Source: a virus
Lineage: Duplodnaviria > Caudoviricetes
Strand: one strand, 5' to 3'
DNA: 34,776 nt
IMG/VR virus record: IMGVR_UViG_3300043112_000004
Location: 1 to 34,776 of that record
Part shown: piece by piece, positions 1 through 7,429 of the stretch
How positions within the stretch are numbered: the first letter of the stretch is position 1
Layout: each line of letters opens with the position of its first letter
Notes under the pieces: generated by a model
What the model saw: the letters and a program-made list of their open reading frames with translations, nothing else
What the model was told of the DNA's origin: nothing
Databases searched by the model: none
Position numbers and translations under genes: made by a program

Positions 1-235
1 CGTCTTGCTTGACGTATGAATCAATGTCAATGTTTGCTGTTACAGGACAGTACATTTTATAAACGGCTTTCCACTCGTTTTTGTCGTTGAATATTCGTTC
101 AGATGTGGAATCGTGTTTAATGTAGGCCTGAACATCCTCAACCTTTGCAAGCGATCTGGTTAATTCTCCAAATGGCCCTTTGGTATCGGTAAAAGAATAA
201 ATCTCTGCTGGCTTGTAGTAACATTCGATAGCCAT
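1..235 (-). CDS. Head-closure protein (SPP1 gp16-like), variant copy, runs off window edge
   Basis: ATG at 235; MAIECYYKPAEIYSFTDTKGPFGELTRSLAKVEDVQAYIKHDS... is a diverged copy of the 34140..34466 protein. Confidence 0.75.
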   Translation of the reverse strand, partial: MAIECYYKPAEIYSFTDTKGPFGELTRSLAKVEDVQAYIKHDSTSERIFNDKNEWKAVYKMYCPVTANIDIDSYVKQD

Positions 236-545
236 ATTACCACCCCAACTTTTTGTAAGGCCCTAGCTTGTTAGCATATACAGACTGCCATGAGCCGTCT
301 TTTGTGAATGATACGGAGTAATCGTCAATTGATTCAGACTGGACCCCGTCCTTTTCCGTAAAGGCTGAAATCTCTGTTACCAACTCGAGAAACTCTTTAG
401 GTGGCGACATTGATTCGATGCAGACAATCTCGTCTGTATCTTCTGTATCCATTATACCATCAACGGTAAGCGTGTCGCTTGCGACGTCTGTGATGAGATA
501 CACGCCATCATTCAGGTAGCTGTTTGTTACATGCAAGTATTGTCC
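1..545. repeat. Imperfect terminal direct repeat, copy 1 (matches 34232..34776)
   Basis: Colinear at constant offset 34231 with no indels; 424-545 identical to 34655-34776, while 1-423 carries many substitutions. Confidence 0.95.
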
Positions 546-662
546 TGCGAAATAAGTGTTTTGGAAGTCGCCAGTAATGGTTGAACCACTAAAAGCGACC
601 GCCAAAGTCTCCAAGTCTTTTGTAAAATAGTTATGCAAATATGCGCAAATCTTGCCAATCAT
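237..662 (-). CDS. Head-tail connector/adaptor (SPP1 gp15-like)
   Basis: N-terminal ICAYLHNYF and C-terminal SESIDDYSVSF...W...LGPYKKL motifs typical of Bacillota phage connectors; directly precedes head-closure gene. Confidence 0.7.
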   Translation of the reverse strand: MIGKICAYLHNYFTKDLETLAVAFSGSTITGDFQNTYFAGQYLHVTNSYLNDGVYLITDVASDTLTVDGIMDTEDTDEIVCIESMSPPKEFLELVTEISAFTEKDGVQSESIDDYSVSFTKDGSWQSVYANKLGPYKKLGW

Positions 663-892
663 TGGCTACACCCCCAAAAGCGAGAAACAGTGCCTGTATA
701 TGTGATTCTCCCACCTGACAAAGTGAAGCAACATTGGTCATCAGTTAGAGTTGCCGTCAAAACCTCTGGTGTGCCTGCGATTGTTTGCACATGTTCTGCC
801 GATGTGTACGCGTTAATATAGGCGGGATTGACCAACCTATCAAGCATGCCATCAATTTGAGTTGCTGTGTAGCTTAATTGTACGTCAGCCAT
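659..892 (-). CDS. Short virion-associated protein, possibly a truncated fibre gene
   Basis: RBS GGGGGT and ATG; N-terminal LSYTATQIDGML resembles fibre attachment motifs; ends abruptly over the RBS of the next gene. Confidence 0.45.
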   Translation of the reverse strand: MADVQLSYTATQIDGMLDRLVNPAYINAYTSAEHVQTIAGTPEVLTATLTDDQCCFTLSGGRITYTGTVSRFWGCSQ

Positions 893-985
893 TTTCTATA
901 CCCCCGTTACATAAATTTCGTCGTTAGTTGAATCGTTTAGATAGACACCGTCAGAATCCAACAGTCTGAAGTTTTCTGAAAGCGG

Positions 986-1432
986 TCAGCCTACAAACCG
1001 TCTTGCATAGTCTTGGTCGTCTCCGCTTATTGGCGTTGAGTAAATCAGCACGTTAGACTTGATTGGATACGTCCTTGCGAAGATGTTTTCACCATCTTGC
1101 AAATTCCTATACTGAATCATTGGTGGCAATGTTTCGCTTTCTGTCGTAATCTGCCCGCCATCGTACAGATGCCAATAATCTTGTGGAATACCGTTTTCGT
1201 CAACAATTGTAACCTGTGCATCAGTGATGATTGGCGTTGCTAATGGCAAGTAAGTTGAGTGGTCAATTAATTGGTGGATTCTGTCAAACTTGTCAACGTA
1301 GTCAACAATTGAATTGTCAGCGTTACCAGCTAGTTCTAAATCACCACCATTGTTTGCTAAGTATGATTTGGTGGAATATGATGCAATTTGATAGAATCCA
1401 TCAGAATCTCTCAACATTACTGTCATAATCAT
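986..1432 (-). CDS. Fibre-like structural protein (frame continues past TGA to 896)
   Basis: GGAGGTGG RBS; YLPLATPIIT...YDGGQI motif seen in phage fibre/baseplate proteins; 29 further sense codons follow the TGA. Confidence 0.55.
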   Translation of the reverse strand: MIMTVMLRDSDGFYQIASYSTKSYLANNGGDLELAGNADNSIVDYVDKFDRIHQLIDHSTYLPLATPIITDAQVTIVDENGIPQDYWHLYDGGQITTESETLPPMIQYRNLQDGENIFARTYPIKSNVLIYSTPISGDDQDYARRFVG

Positions 1433-1553
1433 CCACCTCCAAATCTACAATCTCGATGCCATAGTAAATATCCTCGCCTTTTTTAACAGGCGGTAGTTGT
1501 TTAACACATTGCGTTCCTTGGTCAAACTCTGGAATTTTTTCATAAATAATCAA
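1401..1553 (-). CDS. Small 50-aa hypothetical protein downstream of the DGR RT remnant
   Basis: AGGAGGTG RBS, TTG start overlapping the RT stop; MIIYEKIPEFDQGTQCVKQLPPVKKGEDIYYGIEIVDLEVDDYDSNVERF; below ORF-track cutoff. Confidence 0.6.
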   Translation of the reverse strand: MIIYEKIPEFDQGTQCVKQLPPVKKGEDIYYGIEIVDLEVDDYDSNVERF

Positions 1554-1813
1554 ACAAAACACCTCCTAGCATTGTCGCTCACTATCTTCTTTGCTGTTTT
1601 TATGTTTATATATGGTCTTACGTTTTTCATATAAAAATTATAGCTATTCGTTCTTTTAATCCAGCCCCAATATGAAATTACAGCATATGCATCGGATAAT
1701 GTTACTCTGCCTTTTTTAAAAATATTTTTCACCCTCCTTTTTATCCTTAGCGCAGTTTTCTTACGCAAAATAGTTTTATTTTTATATATTTTCACTCCGA
1801 GAAAATCTATTGG
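1550..1813 (-). pseudogene. C-terminal remnant of a DGR reverse transcriptase (motif 7 plus thumb only)
   Basis: Reads PIDFLGVKIYKNKTILRKKTALRIKRR...SYWGWIKRTNSYNF; IDFLG is RT motif 7 and SYxGW is a DGR RT thumb motif. No YxDD or motifs 1-6, no RBS, and an in-frame stop shortly upstream inside the TR. Confidence 0.85.
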
Positions 1814-1833
1814 GTATGTGTCATAATAAGAGT

Positions 1834-1937
1834 CTGCCTGCCGATATTCCAGTTAGCGTTCGTAGACGAATTATTCAGATTCCAGTTCTGCAAACCTGCA
1901 TTCGAACCATTATTCAAGTTACTGCCAAGCTGGGCAA
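1834..1937 (-). ncRNA. DGR template repeat (TR)
   Basis: 104 nt, rich in AAC/AAT codons (LAQLGSNLNNGSNAGLQNWNLNNSSTNANWNIGRQ); aligns gap-free to VR at offset 181. Confidence 0.95.
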
Positions 1938-1966
1938 GCGCGCACCCAAAACCCCATTTATTTTAC

Positions 1967-1986
1967 TTGGGGGAGGTGTCCCCCAA
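1967..1986. promoter_or_regulatory. DGR target-recognition hairpin/cruciform
   Basis: Perfect 8-bp stem TTGGGGGA/TCCCCCAA with a 4-nt loop, just downstream of VR and the target stop codon. Confidence 0.85.
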
Positions 1987-1993
1987 ACCCTCT

Positions 1994-4285
1994 CTAAAAG
2001 GCCTTTCTAACAAGCCGCCCGCCGATATACCAGGCAGCGCCCGCAGACGAAGGAGACATATTCCAGTACCGCAAACCCGCATTCGAACCATAATTCAAGG
2101 CACCGCCAAGCAGGGCAACTCTGGCTCCGGGATTTTGATAACAATAATCTCTCCAAAAACTGCTACTACCAACATTCGTTGGAAACATCATCCAAGGATT
2201 CTTGCTATCAAGACCAAGTTTTTCTGCGTATCCATTTGCTGTTGCGTTTAAGTATCCAATTTTTTTATATGGACTTGCAAAAACGTTGCTTGCATAATCT
2301 CTAGCATCTAAAGCAATCCATGCTTGATTGTCGTTAATGTTTACCCCATCAACCCACTTCCACTGATTGCCCCACGGATTTTCAATTCCCATGTAGGCAC
2401 AAGGAGATTTTCCGTCATTTGCAACGGCATAGCCATTTTCCAGCGTAGTTGACCAGCCTGATTTGTAAGGACTATTCCAGACGTTATTTCCGATTGCAAT
2501 ATCAACAGGACCACCATCAAATGTGATTGCTTTGTTTGATGCATCATAAACATCAATTGATGTTATTGTACGACCGTAGAAAACACTCATTGAACCTCTA
2601 GCTGTACCAACACTAATCGCTTGACCAACTTGGTACAAATCTGCATAGGTGTTTGCGATTATAATTCTATTTGTCGACGTTTCTGCAACAACCGCGTCAT
2701 GTGCATCGTTGTGTTGTCCGCTGACATATCCTTGATAAATCGATTGGCAATTTCTGACTTTATGGTGAATAAAGAATAAGTCTTGCAGAATGCCTTCTGT
2801 GTGGGGGTCTGTTTGTTGATATCCTGGGCCATTATTCTCTGCGAATGTCCTAATTTGTACAATGGTATAGTTAATGGCAGGATATTTGTCAGGCTTAGAT
2901 TCTAACCTATTTGAGCCGTCAACGCTCGCAGTATATTTGCCGTAGTCAACATAATCCAATTCTTGCTCATTATCGAAATCCCAAAAACACCAAGGCAACC
3001 AAGAGCCGGGAAATGGCTTTTCGGAAACTTGGAAATGTCGCACATCTCCGTCATCCCAAATTTTCATGTAGTGCTTTGGAATCCTAACAAATGTGTTTCC
3101 ATAGGAATCCGTTACTTCCGAAAAATCAGACCAAGGATAAACCGAAAGCATATCTTCCGATGATAGCCCTACTGCATCGTCTGTGCGAATAACCGCGGAA
3201 TCACCAGAAACTGTCGTGTCGTATTGCACGCCATAGATTGGTGCTTCTGCTACAAATGGAGGGCATGAAGATAAAACAGGATTAACAACAGAAACACCGT
3301 CAACCGTTCTTCCCTCAACCAACGCTTGCCCTTGTCCATCTGCGCCGACTGTTGATGCTGTGCCAATTACTTCTTGCTGTGCTGTGGCGTTGATTATTTC
3401 TTCGTAAGACAATTCTTTTGGCGTACCGCCTGTGAAAAATTGTCCATCGTCAGCCGCAATTAAATCAGCTTCTGCAGGCAGTTTAAATTTAGTTTCAGCC
3501 GGAATGTAATTTGCGCCCGCTACAAATGTGTCAATCTTCGCCCATCCAGTTTGAGAAACAGTTGAGCCGATAGGCACACGCATAATATCGCCGCTTGTAT
3601 CAGCATACATGTCAAAGCCGTTTAACAAATTGTAATGGTAAGCGTCTTGCGTCGTCCAATTAATTCCAGTCATAGCAATTGAATTAGATTCGCCATAAGC
3701 CACGGTTCCATTGCCTTCAGCAAAAGGAAAAAGAATGCCATTGACATATACTTCAAAAAGTGTTCCATCAGCCGTTACCGTGATTCCAGTCGTTGAAAGC
3801 GTGACAGTTGCAGTGCCTGAATTTGTGATTGAATCAGCGCTTGCTAACTCGGTTGCAAATGTCAAGGTTGAAGCGGTTGTTGCAGATACGCAGTTTGATT
3901 CCACCAAATCTGCATCATAATCATTAATAACATCATGCCAAACATCGTTGGTAAAGTTGATATAATGAGCGAGAGCGTTTTGATTAACATTGTACAGATT
4001 CAGCAAATAACGATAAAGCAAATCTTCTAGCGAATCGCCCTGTGTATATTCAACACGTTGAATCAGCCAATATTGCAATTTAGCATTTAAGGAAGTTAAG
4101 CCAACGTCACCAAGTTCAGCATCTAGCAATCTTTCGCATTTATCTTGTAACGAATCGCTGTTTAGTGAGTCGATGAACAAATCAACTGTATCACTGATGT
4201 TAGCGTTCATGCTTCCAGTGGTGTTGCCATTCAATTGTTTCATAACCTCTAATATTAAGTCTTGCAATGACATACTATTCACCAC
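1994..4285 (-). CDS. DGR target protein: multidomain fibre/adhesin with C-terminal C-type-lectin (Mtd/FGE-like) fold
   Basis: YMGIENPWGNQWKWVDG (GNxWEW-like) motif, terminal GG...GSNAGL...IGGRL VR, beta-rich middle region, helical N-terminus. Confidence 0.85.
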   Translation of the reverse strand: MVNSMSLQDLILEVMKQLNGNTTGSMNANISDTVDLFIDSLNSDSLQDKCERLLDAELGDVGLTSLNAKLQYWLIQRVEYTQGDSLEDLLYRYLLNLYNVNQNALAHYINFTNDVWHDVINDYDADLVESNCVSATTASTLTFATELASADSITNSGTATVTLSTTGITVTADGTLFEVYVNGILFPFAEGNGTVAYGESNSIAMTGINWTTQDAYHYNLLNGFDMYADTSGDIMRVPIGSTVSQTGWAKIDTFVAGANYIPAETKFKLPAEADLIAADDGQFFTGGTPKELSYEEIINATAQQEVIGTASTVGADGQGQALVEGRTVDGVSVVNPVLSSCPPFVAEAPIYGVQYDTTVSGDSAVIRTDDAVGLSSEDMLSVYPWSDFSEVTDSYGNTFVRIPKHYMKIWDDGDVRHFQVSEKPFPGSWLPWCFWDFDNEQELDYVDYGKYTASVDGSNRLESKPDKYPAINYTIVQIRTFAENNGPGYQQTDPHTEGILQDLFFIHHKVRNCQSIYQGYVSGQHNDAHDAVVAETSTNRIIIANTYADLYQVGQAISVGTARGSMSVFYGRTITSIDVYDASNKAITFDGGPVDIAIGNNVWNSPYKSGWSTTLENGYAVANDGKSPCAYMGIENPWGNQWKWVDGVNINDNQAWIALDARDYASNVFASPYKKIGYLNATANGYAEKLGLDSKNPWMMFPTNVGSSSFWRDYCYQNPGARVALLGGALNYGSNAGLRYWNMSPSSAGAAWYIGGRLVRKAF
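2015..2118 (-). repeat. DGR variable repeat (VR)
   Basis: Encodes ALLGGALNYGSNAGLRYWNMSPSSAGAAWYIGGR; 21 mismatches to TR, 20 of them at TR adenines. Confidence 0.95.
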
Positions 4286-4472
4286 CCAGCTTTTTCAATA
4301 TTGTTTCAACGCTCATTCGTTTATCGACTTTGATTCCTTTAGCAACAGCCTCGGCAATCAACACTTCTTTTAGTTCAATTTCTTCATAATTTTCATCAGC
4401 AAGCAGTCTATCAATTAGTTCTTGATTGCTGATGTCAAATCGGCATCCTGTTTGTTTGTTTAAAATCCACAT
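4275..4472 (-). CDS. Small protein following the major capsid gene (HeH/Rho-N-like C-terminus)
   Basis: LIAEAVAKGIKVDKRMSVETILKKL; typical position after MCP. Confidence 0.5.
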   Translation of the reverse strand: MWILNKQTGCRFDISNQELIDRLLADENYEEIELKEVLIAEAVAKGIKVDKRMSVETILKKLGGE

Positions 4473-4486
4473 ATGCCCTCCTATTT

Positions 4487-4512
4487 TAAAAAAGAGGGGA
4501 TTGCTCCCCTCT
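4487..4512 (-). terminator. Intrinsic terminator after MCP
   Basis: AGAGGGGA-GCAA-TCCCCTCT stem-loop followed by a T run. Confidence 0.85.
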
Positions 4513-4516
4513 CATT

Positions 4517-5359
4517 CTATGACTTACTTGCAGTCAAAAGAGCCAAGTTTGCTGCTCGTGTAACTTTAGCACCGTACAATTCCAGACCTTTCATAGCGTC
4601 CGCAAATCGTTTTTCAGGTCGGTATGCTTCTACCTCGGAAATTTGAGATGCAAATGCAATTGCCCCACGGTATCCAGCGATGATTTTATACTTCGTACCT
4701 GAAGTGTTTGGTACGTTGTTTGACTTGTAAACTGTCATTCCGTCTACTTCGCCAACTTCGCCAGTACGCTTCACTTCGTCGGCACCTGGATTGTACTTAA
4801 CAAAGCGGTCGTCTTTCAAAAGCAGACCATAGTACCAAGGTGGTACAACTACGAAACGATCAGTTTCAGGCGTGTTGTTTTCGTCAAGGATAACGCCCAA
4901 GTCAATAAGTTTATCATAAGCCGTTGAAGCTGTAGGAACGATTGGAGTTGTGTCATCACCAATTGAGTTGCCTGCGCCAATAGCCGTGTACAAACCTGCA
5001 ATATAAGTGTCTGTGACGTTAGCCAAGCCATAAGCCGCTTCTCGCATTGCTTCGTCCATCAATTTCGGCTGAGTTTGCGCCTTGTCAATGTCGTCAATCT
5101 GGAAGTTGAAGTATTTAGCTTGGTTGATTGTCAGCGTTTGTTGTGTATCTGTCAACGCTTCTGGATCGGAAATGTCAGTATCTTTTGTGTAACTTCCGAT
5201 TGTTACACGACCAATTGAGTTAATGTGTACTTGGTCACCAAATTGTGAAATGTCGCCTTCATAATCAGTGTTTACAATGTTGCCGTATACCAATGCTTTG
5301 TTTAGGTTTGAGAGGATTCTAGCCGCCCAAACTTCTGGAATAAAATTAGCAATAGCCAT
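4517..5359 (-). CDS. Major capsid protein (P22 coat-like family)
   Basis: FIPEVWAARIL, NTDYEGDISQFGDQVHI, RPEKRFADAMKGL motifs; follows scaffold gene. Confidence 0.9.
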   Translation of the reverse strand: MAIANFIPEVWAARILSNLNKALVYGNIVNTDYEGDISQFGDQVHINSIGRVTIGSYTKDTDISDPEALTDTQQTLTINQAKYFNFQIDDIDKAQTQPKLMDEAMREAAYGLANVTDTYIAGLYTAIGAGNSIGDDTTPIVPTASTAYDKLIDLGVILDENNTPETDRFVVVPPWYYGLLLKDDRFVKYNPGADEVKRTGEVGEVDGMTVYKSNNVPNTSGTKYKIIAGYRGAIAFASQISEVEAYRPEKRFADAMKGLELYGAKVTRAANLALLTASKS

Positions 5360-5370
5360 TAATAAGCCTC

Positions 5371-5988
5371 CTATTTAAGTTCGCCATTCTCCATAGCGAC
5401 AGAAACTTTTTCCCAGTTGTCATTAATCCATTTAGGGTCTTTTCTGTGCTGGTCGAATAATTCTTGAGTAATGGCATCTTGGACTTTGTTACCAGTCGGT
5501 GCAGGTGTCTGTCCGACTTTCTTAACTTCACCAAACATGTCAGCATAACCCTCTTTAAACTTACCCAACTGCTCTGTAAGCCCTACAAGTTCGCCAGCTT
5601 CATTCATGTTAAAATCGTCAAGTTTGAATTGATTCTTAGCCAATTCGATGTAATTGTCCTTGATACCTGCGCTTCTTAACTGCTTTTCTAAAATGCCAGC
5701 CTTCTTGCCGTTCAGCACCTGTTTGTCAAATTGTTCTTTTTGTGCCACGTTTTCAGCTTGCAGCTTGTCTATTTGTGCAGTCAATTCCGCGCTATCTTTC
5801 ACCTGCGCTTTAAATTCTTCCAATTTGGTATCGCGCTCTTTAATCTGCCCTTCTAAAGACTTAACCTCGTCTGCTTTTGCATTATACTTATCTTTTGGGA
5901 TAAAGTGTTTTGGCAGTTCAGCGTTAATCTTTGCAACAATGTCATCTGCATTTGCGATACCTTCGAGAATTTGTTTCATCCATTCCAT
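5371..5988 (-). CDS. Capsid scaffolding protein (GP20-like)
   Basis: FIPKDKYN motif, coiled coil, GLTEQL...MF; directly upstream of MCP. Confidence 0.85.
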   Translation of the reverse strand: MEWMKQILEGIANADDIVAKINAELPKHFIPKDKYNAKADEVKSLEGQIKERDTKLEEFKAQVKDSAELTAQIDKLQAENVAQKEQFDKQVLNGKKAGILEKQLRSAGIKDNYIELAKNQFKLDDFNMNEAGELVGLTEQLGKFKEGYADMFGEVKKVGQTPAPTGNKVQDAITQELFDQHRKDPKWINDNWEKVSVAMENGELK

Positions 5989-6098
5989 GTGTTACCCTCC
6001 TATACGTTTTTATACAGGTTCGTGCCTGTAGTGGATTTGTCAGGATATACCGTCCTGCTCGGTAGTTTAATTATATCAAATTTAAACGGTGTCTCGCA

Positions 6099-6230
6099 TC
6101 AGTTGGATTCTTTGACGTTAGTCAGCTTCACAGCGCCTTTAAAAAACACTTTATCAAGCGCGTTTTCTTCTTTTTTTGTTAAATTAACCATGAGCTTATC
6201 CATTTTTTCAAATAATTCTTTATTTGTCAT
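6099..6230 (-). CDS. 43-aa hypothetical protein
   Basis: ATG overlapping the upstream TGA; MTNKELFEKMDKLMVNLTKKEENALDKVFFKGAVKLTNVKESN. Confidence 0.5.
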   Translation of the reverse strand: MTNKELFEKMDKLMVNLTKKEENALDKVFFKGAVKLTNVKESN

Positions 6231-7141
6231 CAATTTCTCTCCTTTACACGATTGTCAAACCAATCATCATATTTTTGGTACGGAATAACTTCTTTTGACA
6301 CGTTGTCTCGCCTGTACGCGGATTCTGTTGGATAGTCCTTCAACTCCGTTATCATAGTGCACCGACAATTTATTACCTCCTCTGGCGGTCCAGAATAATC
6401 ACCAGGAAACATTAGGCCATTAGAGAAAGGCTTGTCAATATCTCTTTTTTCTCCGTCAATCCCTTGGTGCCTGTCTCTTGTCCTGCCGTCAAGCGTGGAA
6501 ACCCATACCTTCTGCATCTCAATTCCTTTTGCTTCAGCCTTCTGGAAACTCTCCATCCTACCATCGTTCATAACTCGTGTCGTTTCTGTTCGTGCGATTC
6601 TAACAGCGTCATTTGCGTTTCTCTCTAGTGAGTTTCTAACCTTGCCGGCCATCTTATCAATTGAGTCACCTTGTGCAATCGAAGAAGCAATGTCACGTCT
6701 TAACCTACGCTTAACTAAATCTGCATTATCAGCCAATGCTAGTTTATCCAACGGATTTGATACAGCCTTTCTAACTGCATCCCTAGGAATCAGAGTATAT
6801 GCTAGCTTAACTTGCAACTCGCTTTCCAACGCAAAGCCAGCGTGGTAGTAGTTAATCATCCATGTGTCAATGGCTAGATTATCAATAGCTTTCTTTGCTC
6901 CTGTGTTCAACTCTGCAACAATTGCAAGCATTTCTCTTTCTAGTGACTGCGCCCGTTTAAACTTCAGTGCTTCAACGGTGTCAATTTGGCCGTCAATGCC
7001 ATATTTAGCTATAAAGTCTGCAACTAGCTTCCTTGTGTCCTTGTATCCTTTTGTGTAAATGCGCTTTAATTCGGCAAGCATAGCTTTCTCAGCCTTGTCT
7101 GTCAACTTGTCCGCTTCGTTTAGTTTACTCGCTATCGTCAT
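6230..7141 (-). CDS. Minor head morphogenesis protein (Mu gpF/SPP1 gp7 family)
   Basis: RIARTET, KVWVSTLDGRTRDRHQ, FPGD...INCRC motifs; start reassigned to ATG 7141 (GGAGGTGA RBS). Confidence 0.9.
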   Translation of the reverse strand: MTIASKLNEADKLTDKAEKAMLAELKRIYTKGYKDTRKLVADFIAKYGIDGQIDTVEALKFKRAQSLEREMLAIVAELNTGAKKAIDNLAIDTWMINYYHAGFALESELQVKLAYTLIPRDAVRKAVSNPLDKLALADNADLVKRRLRRDIASSIAQGDSIDKMAGKVRNSLERNANDAVRIARTETTRVMNDGRMESFQKAEAKGIEMQKVWVSTLDGRTRDRHQGIDGEKRDIDKPFSNGLMFPGDYSGPPEEVINCRCTMITELKDYPTESAYRRDNVSKEVIPYQKYDDWFDNRVKERN

Positions 7142-7159
7142 ATGCTCACCTCCATTTAA

Positions 7160-7196
7160 ATTATAGCATAAAAAAAGAAGCCCCCGTTTTGAGGGC
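7160..7196 (-). promoter_or_regulatory. Terminator-like hairpin/T-tract fused to extended -10 (TGCTATAAT), copy 1
   Basis: 7160-7188 matches 11281-11309 at 28 of 29 nt. Confidence 0.6.
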
Positions 7197-7199
7197 ATT

Positions 7200-7230
7200 A
7201 AAAAACCCCCTTAACTATTTCTAGCCAAGG
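7200..7230 (-). terminator. Intrinsic terminator of the moron
   Basis: CCTTGGCTA-GAAA-TAGTTAAGG hairpin followed by GGGTTTTTT. Confidence 0.65.
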
Positions 7231-7269
7231 CGGTCTTTCGTCCGGCATCCACCGGATACCACTGTTTAA

Positions 7270-7428
7270 TTATAACATAACAAAACACTGTGTCGCATAT
7301 ACTATATAAGCAACAAATAAAATCCAGACAACCATCATAAAAAATGGAAATTCTTGACTTAAATATATTAGCAACGTCATAACAGCAATAACAGCGCAAA
7401 CTATTAACAAACACATTAGAAAACTCAT
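7270..7428 (-). CDS. 52-aa two-transmembrane membrane protein (moron)
   Basis: MSFLMCLLIVCAVIAVMTLLIYLSQEFPFFMMVVWILFVAYIVYATQCFVML; ATG immediately after the upstream stop; more plausible than track ORF 7211..7414. Confidence 0.6.
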   Translation of the reverse strand: MSFLMCLLIVCAVIAVMTLLIYLSQEFPFFMMVVWILFVAYIVYATQCFVML

Positions 7429-7429
7429 G

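Larger units (their letters stand above)
1550..4285 (-). mobile_element. Diversity-generating retroelement (target/VR, hairpin, TR, truncated RT)
   Basis: TR/VR pair with adenine-specific mismatches, hairpin 3' of VR, RT remnant. Confidence 0.9.

Noticed and set aside
896-988. Genome-wide UGA recoding
   Set aside because: Many genes end at TGA with ATGA/TTGA coupling and long genes are uninterrupted
1550-1795. 81-aa ORF as a functional stand-alone gene
   Set aside because: No RBS before the GTG; homology extends upstream to IDFLG, indicating a truncated RT
1810-2251. Two similar plus-strand ORFs (1810..2010, 1967..2251) that look like paralogues
   Set aside because: The similarity is just the antisense translation of TR and VR
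7205-7230. GCTAGAAATAG resemblance to the Cas9 sgRNA scaffold
   Set aside because: Short match explained by a GAAA-tetraloop terminator hairpin; no CRISPR repeats or cas genes
7211-7414. Cys-rich 67-aa ORF
   Set aside because: The alternative frame 7270..7428 has a coupled ATG and a coherent two-TM product
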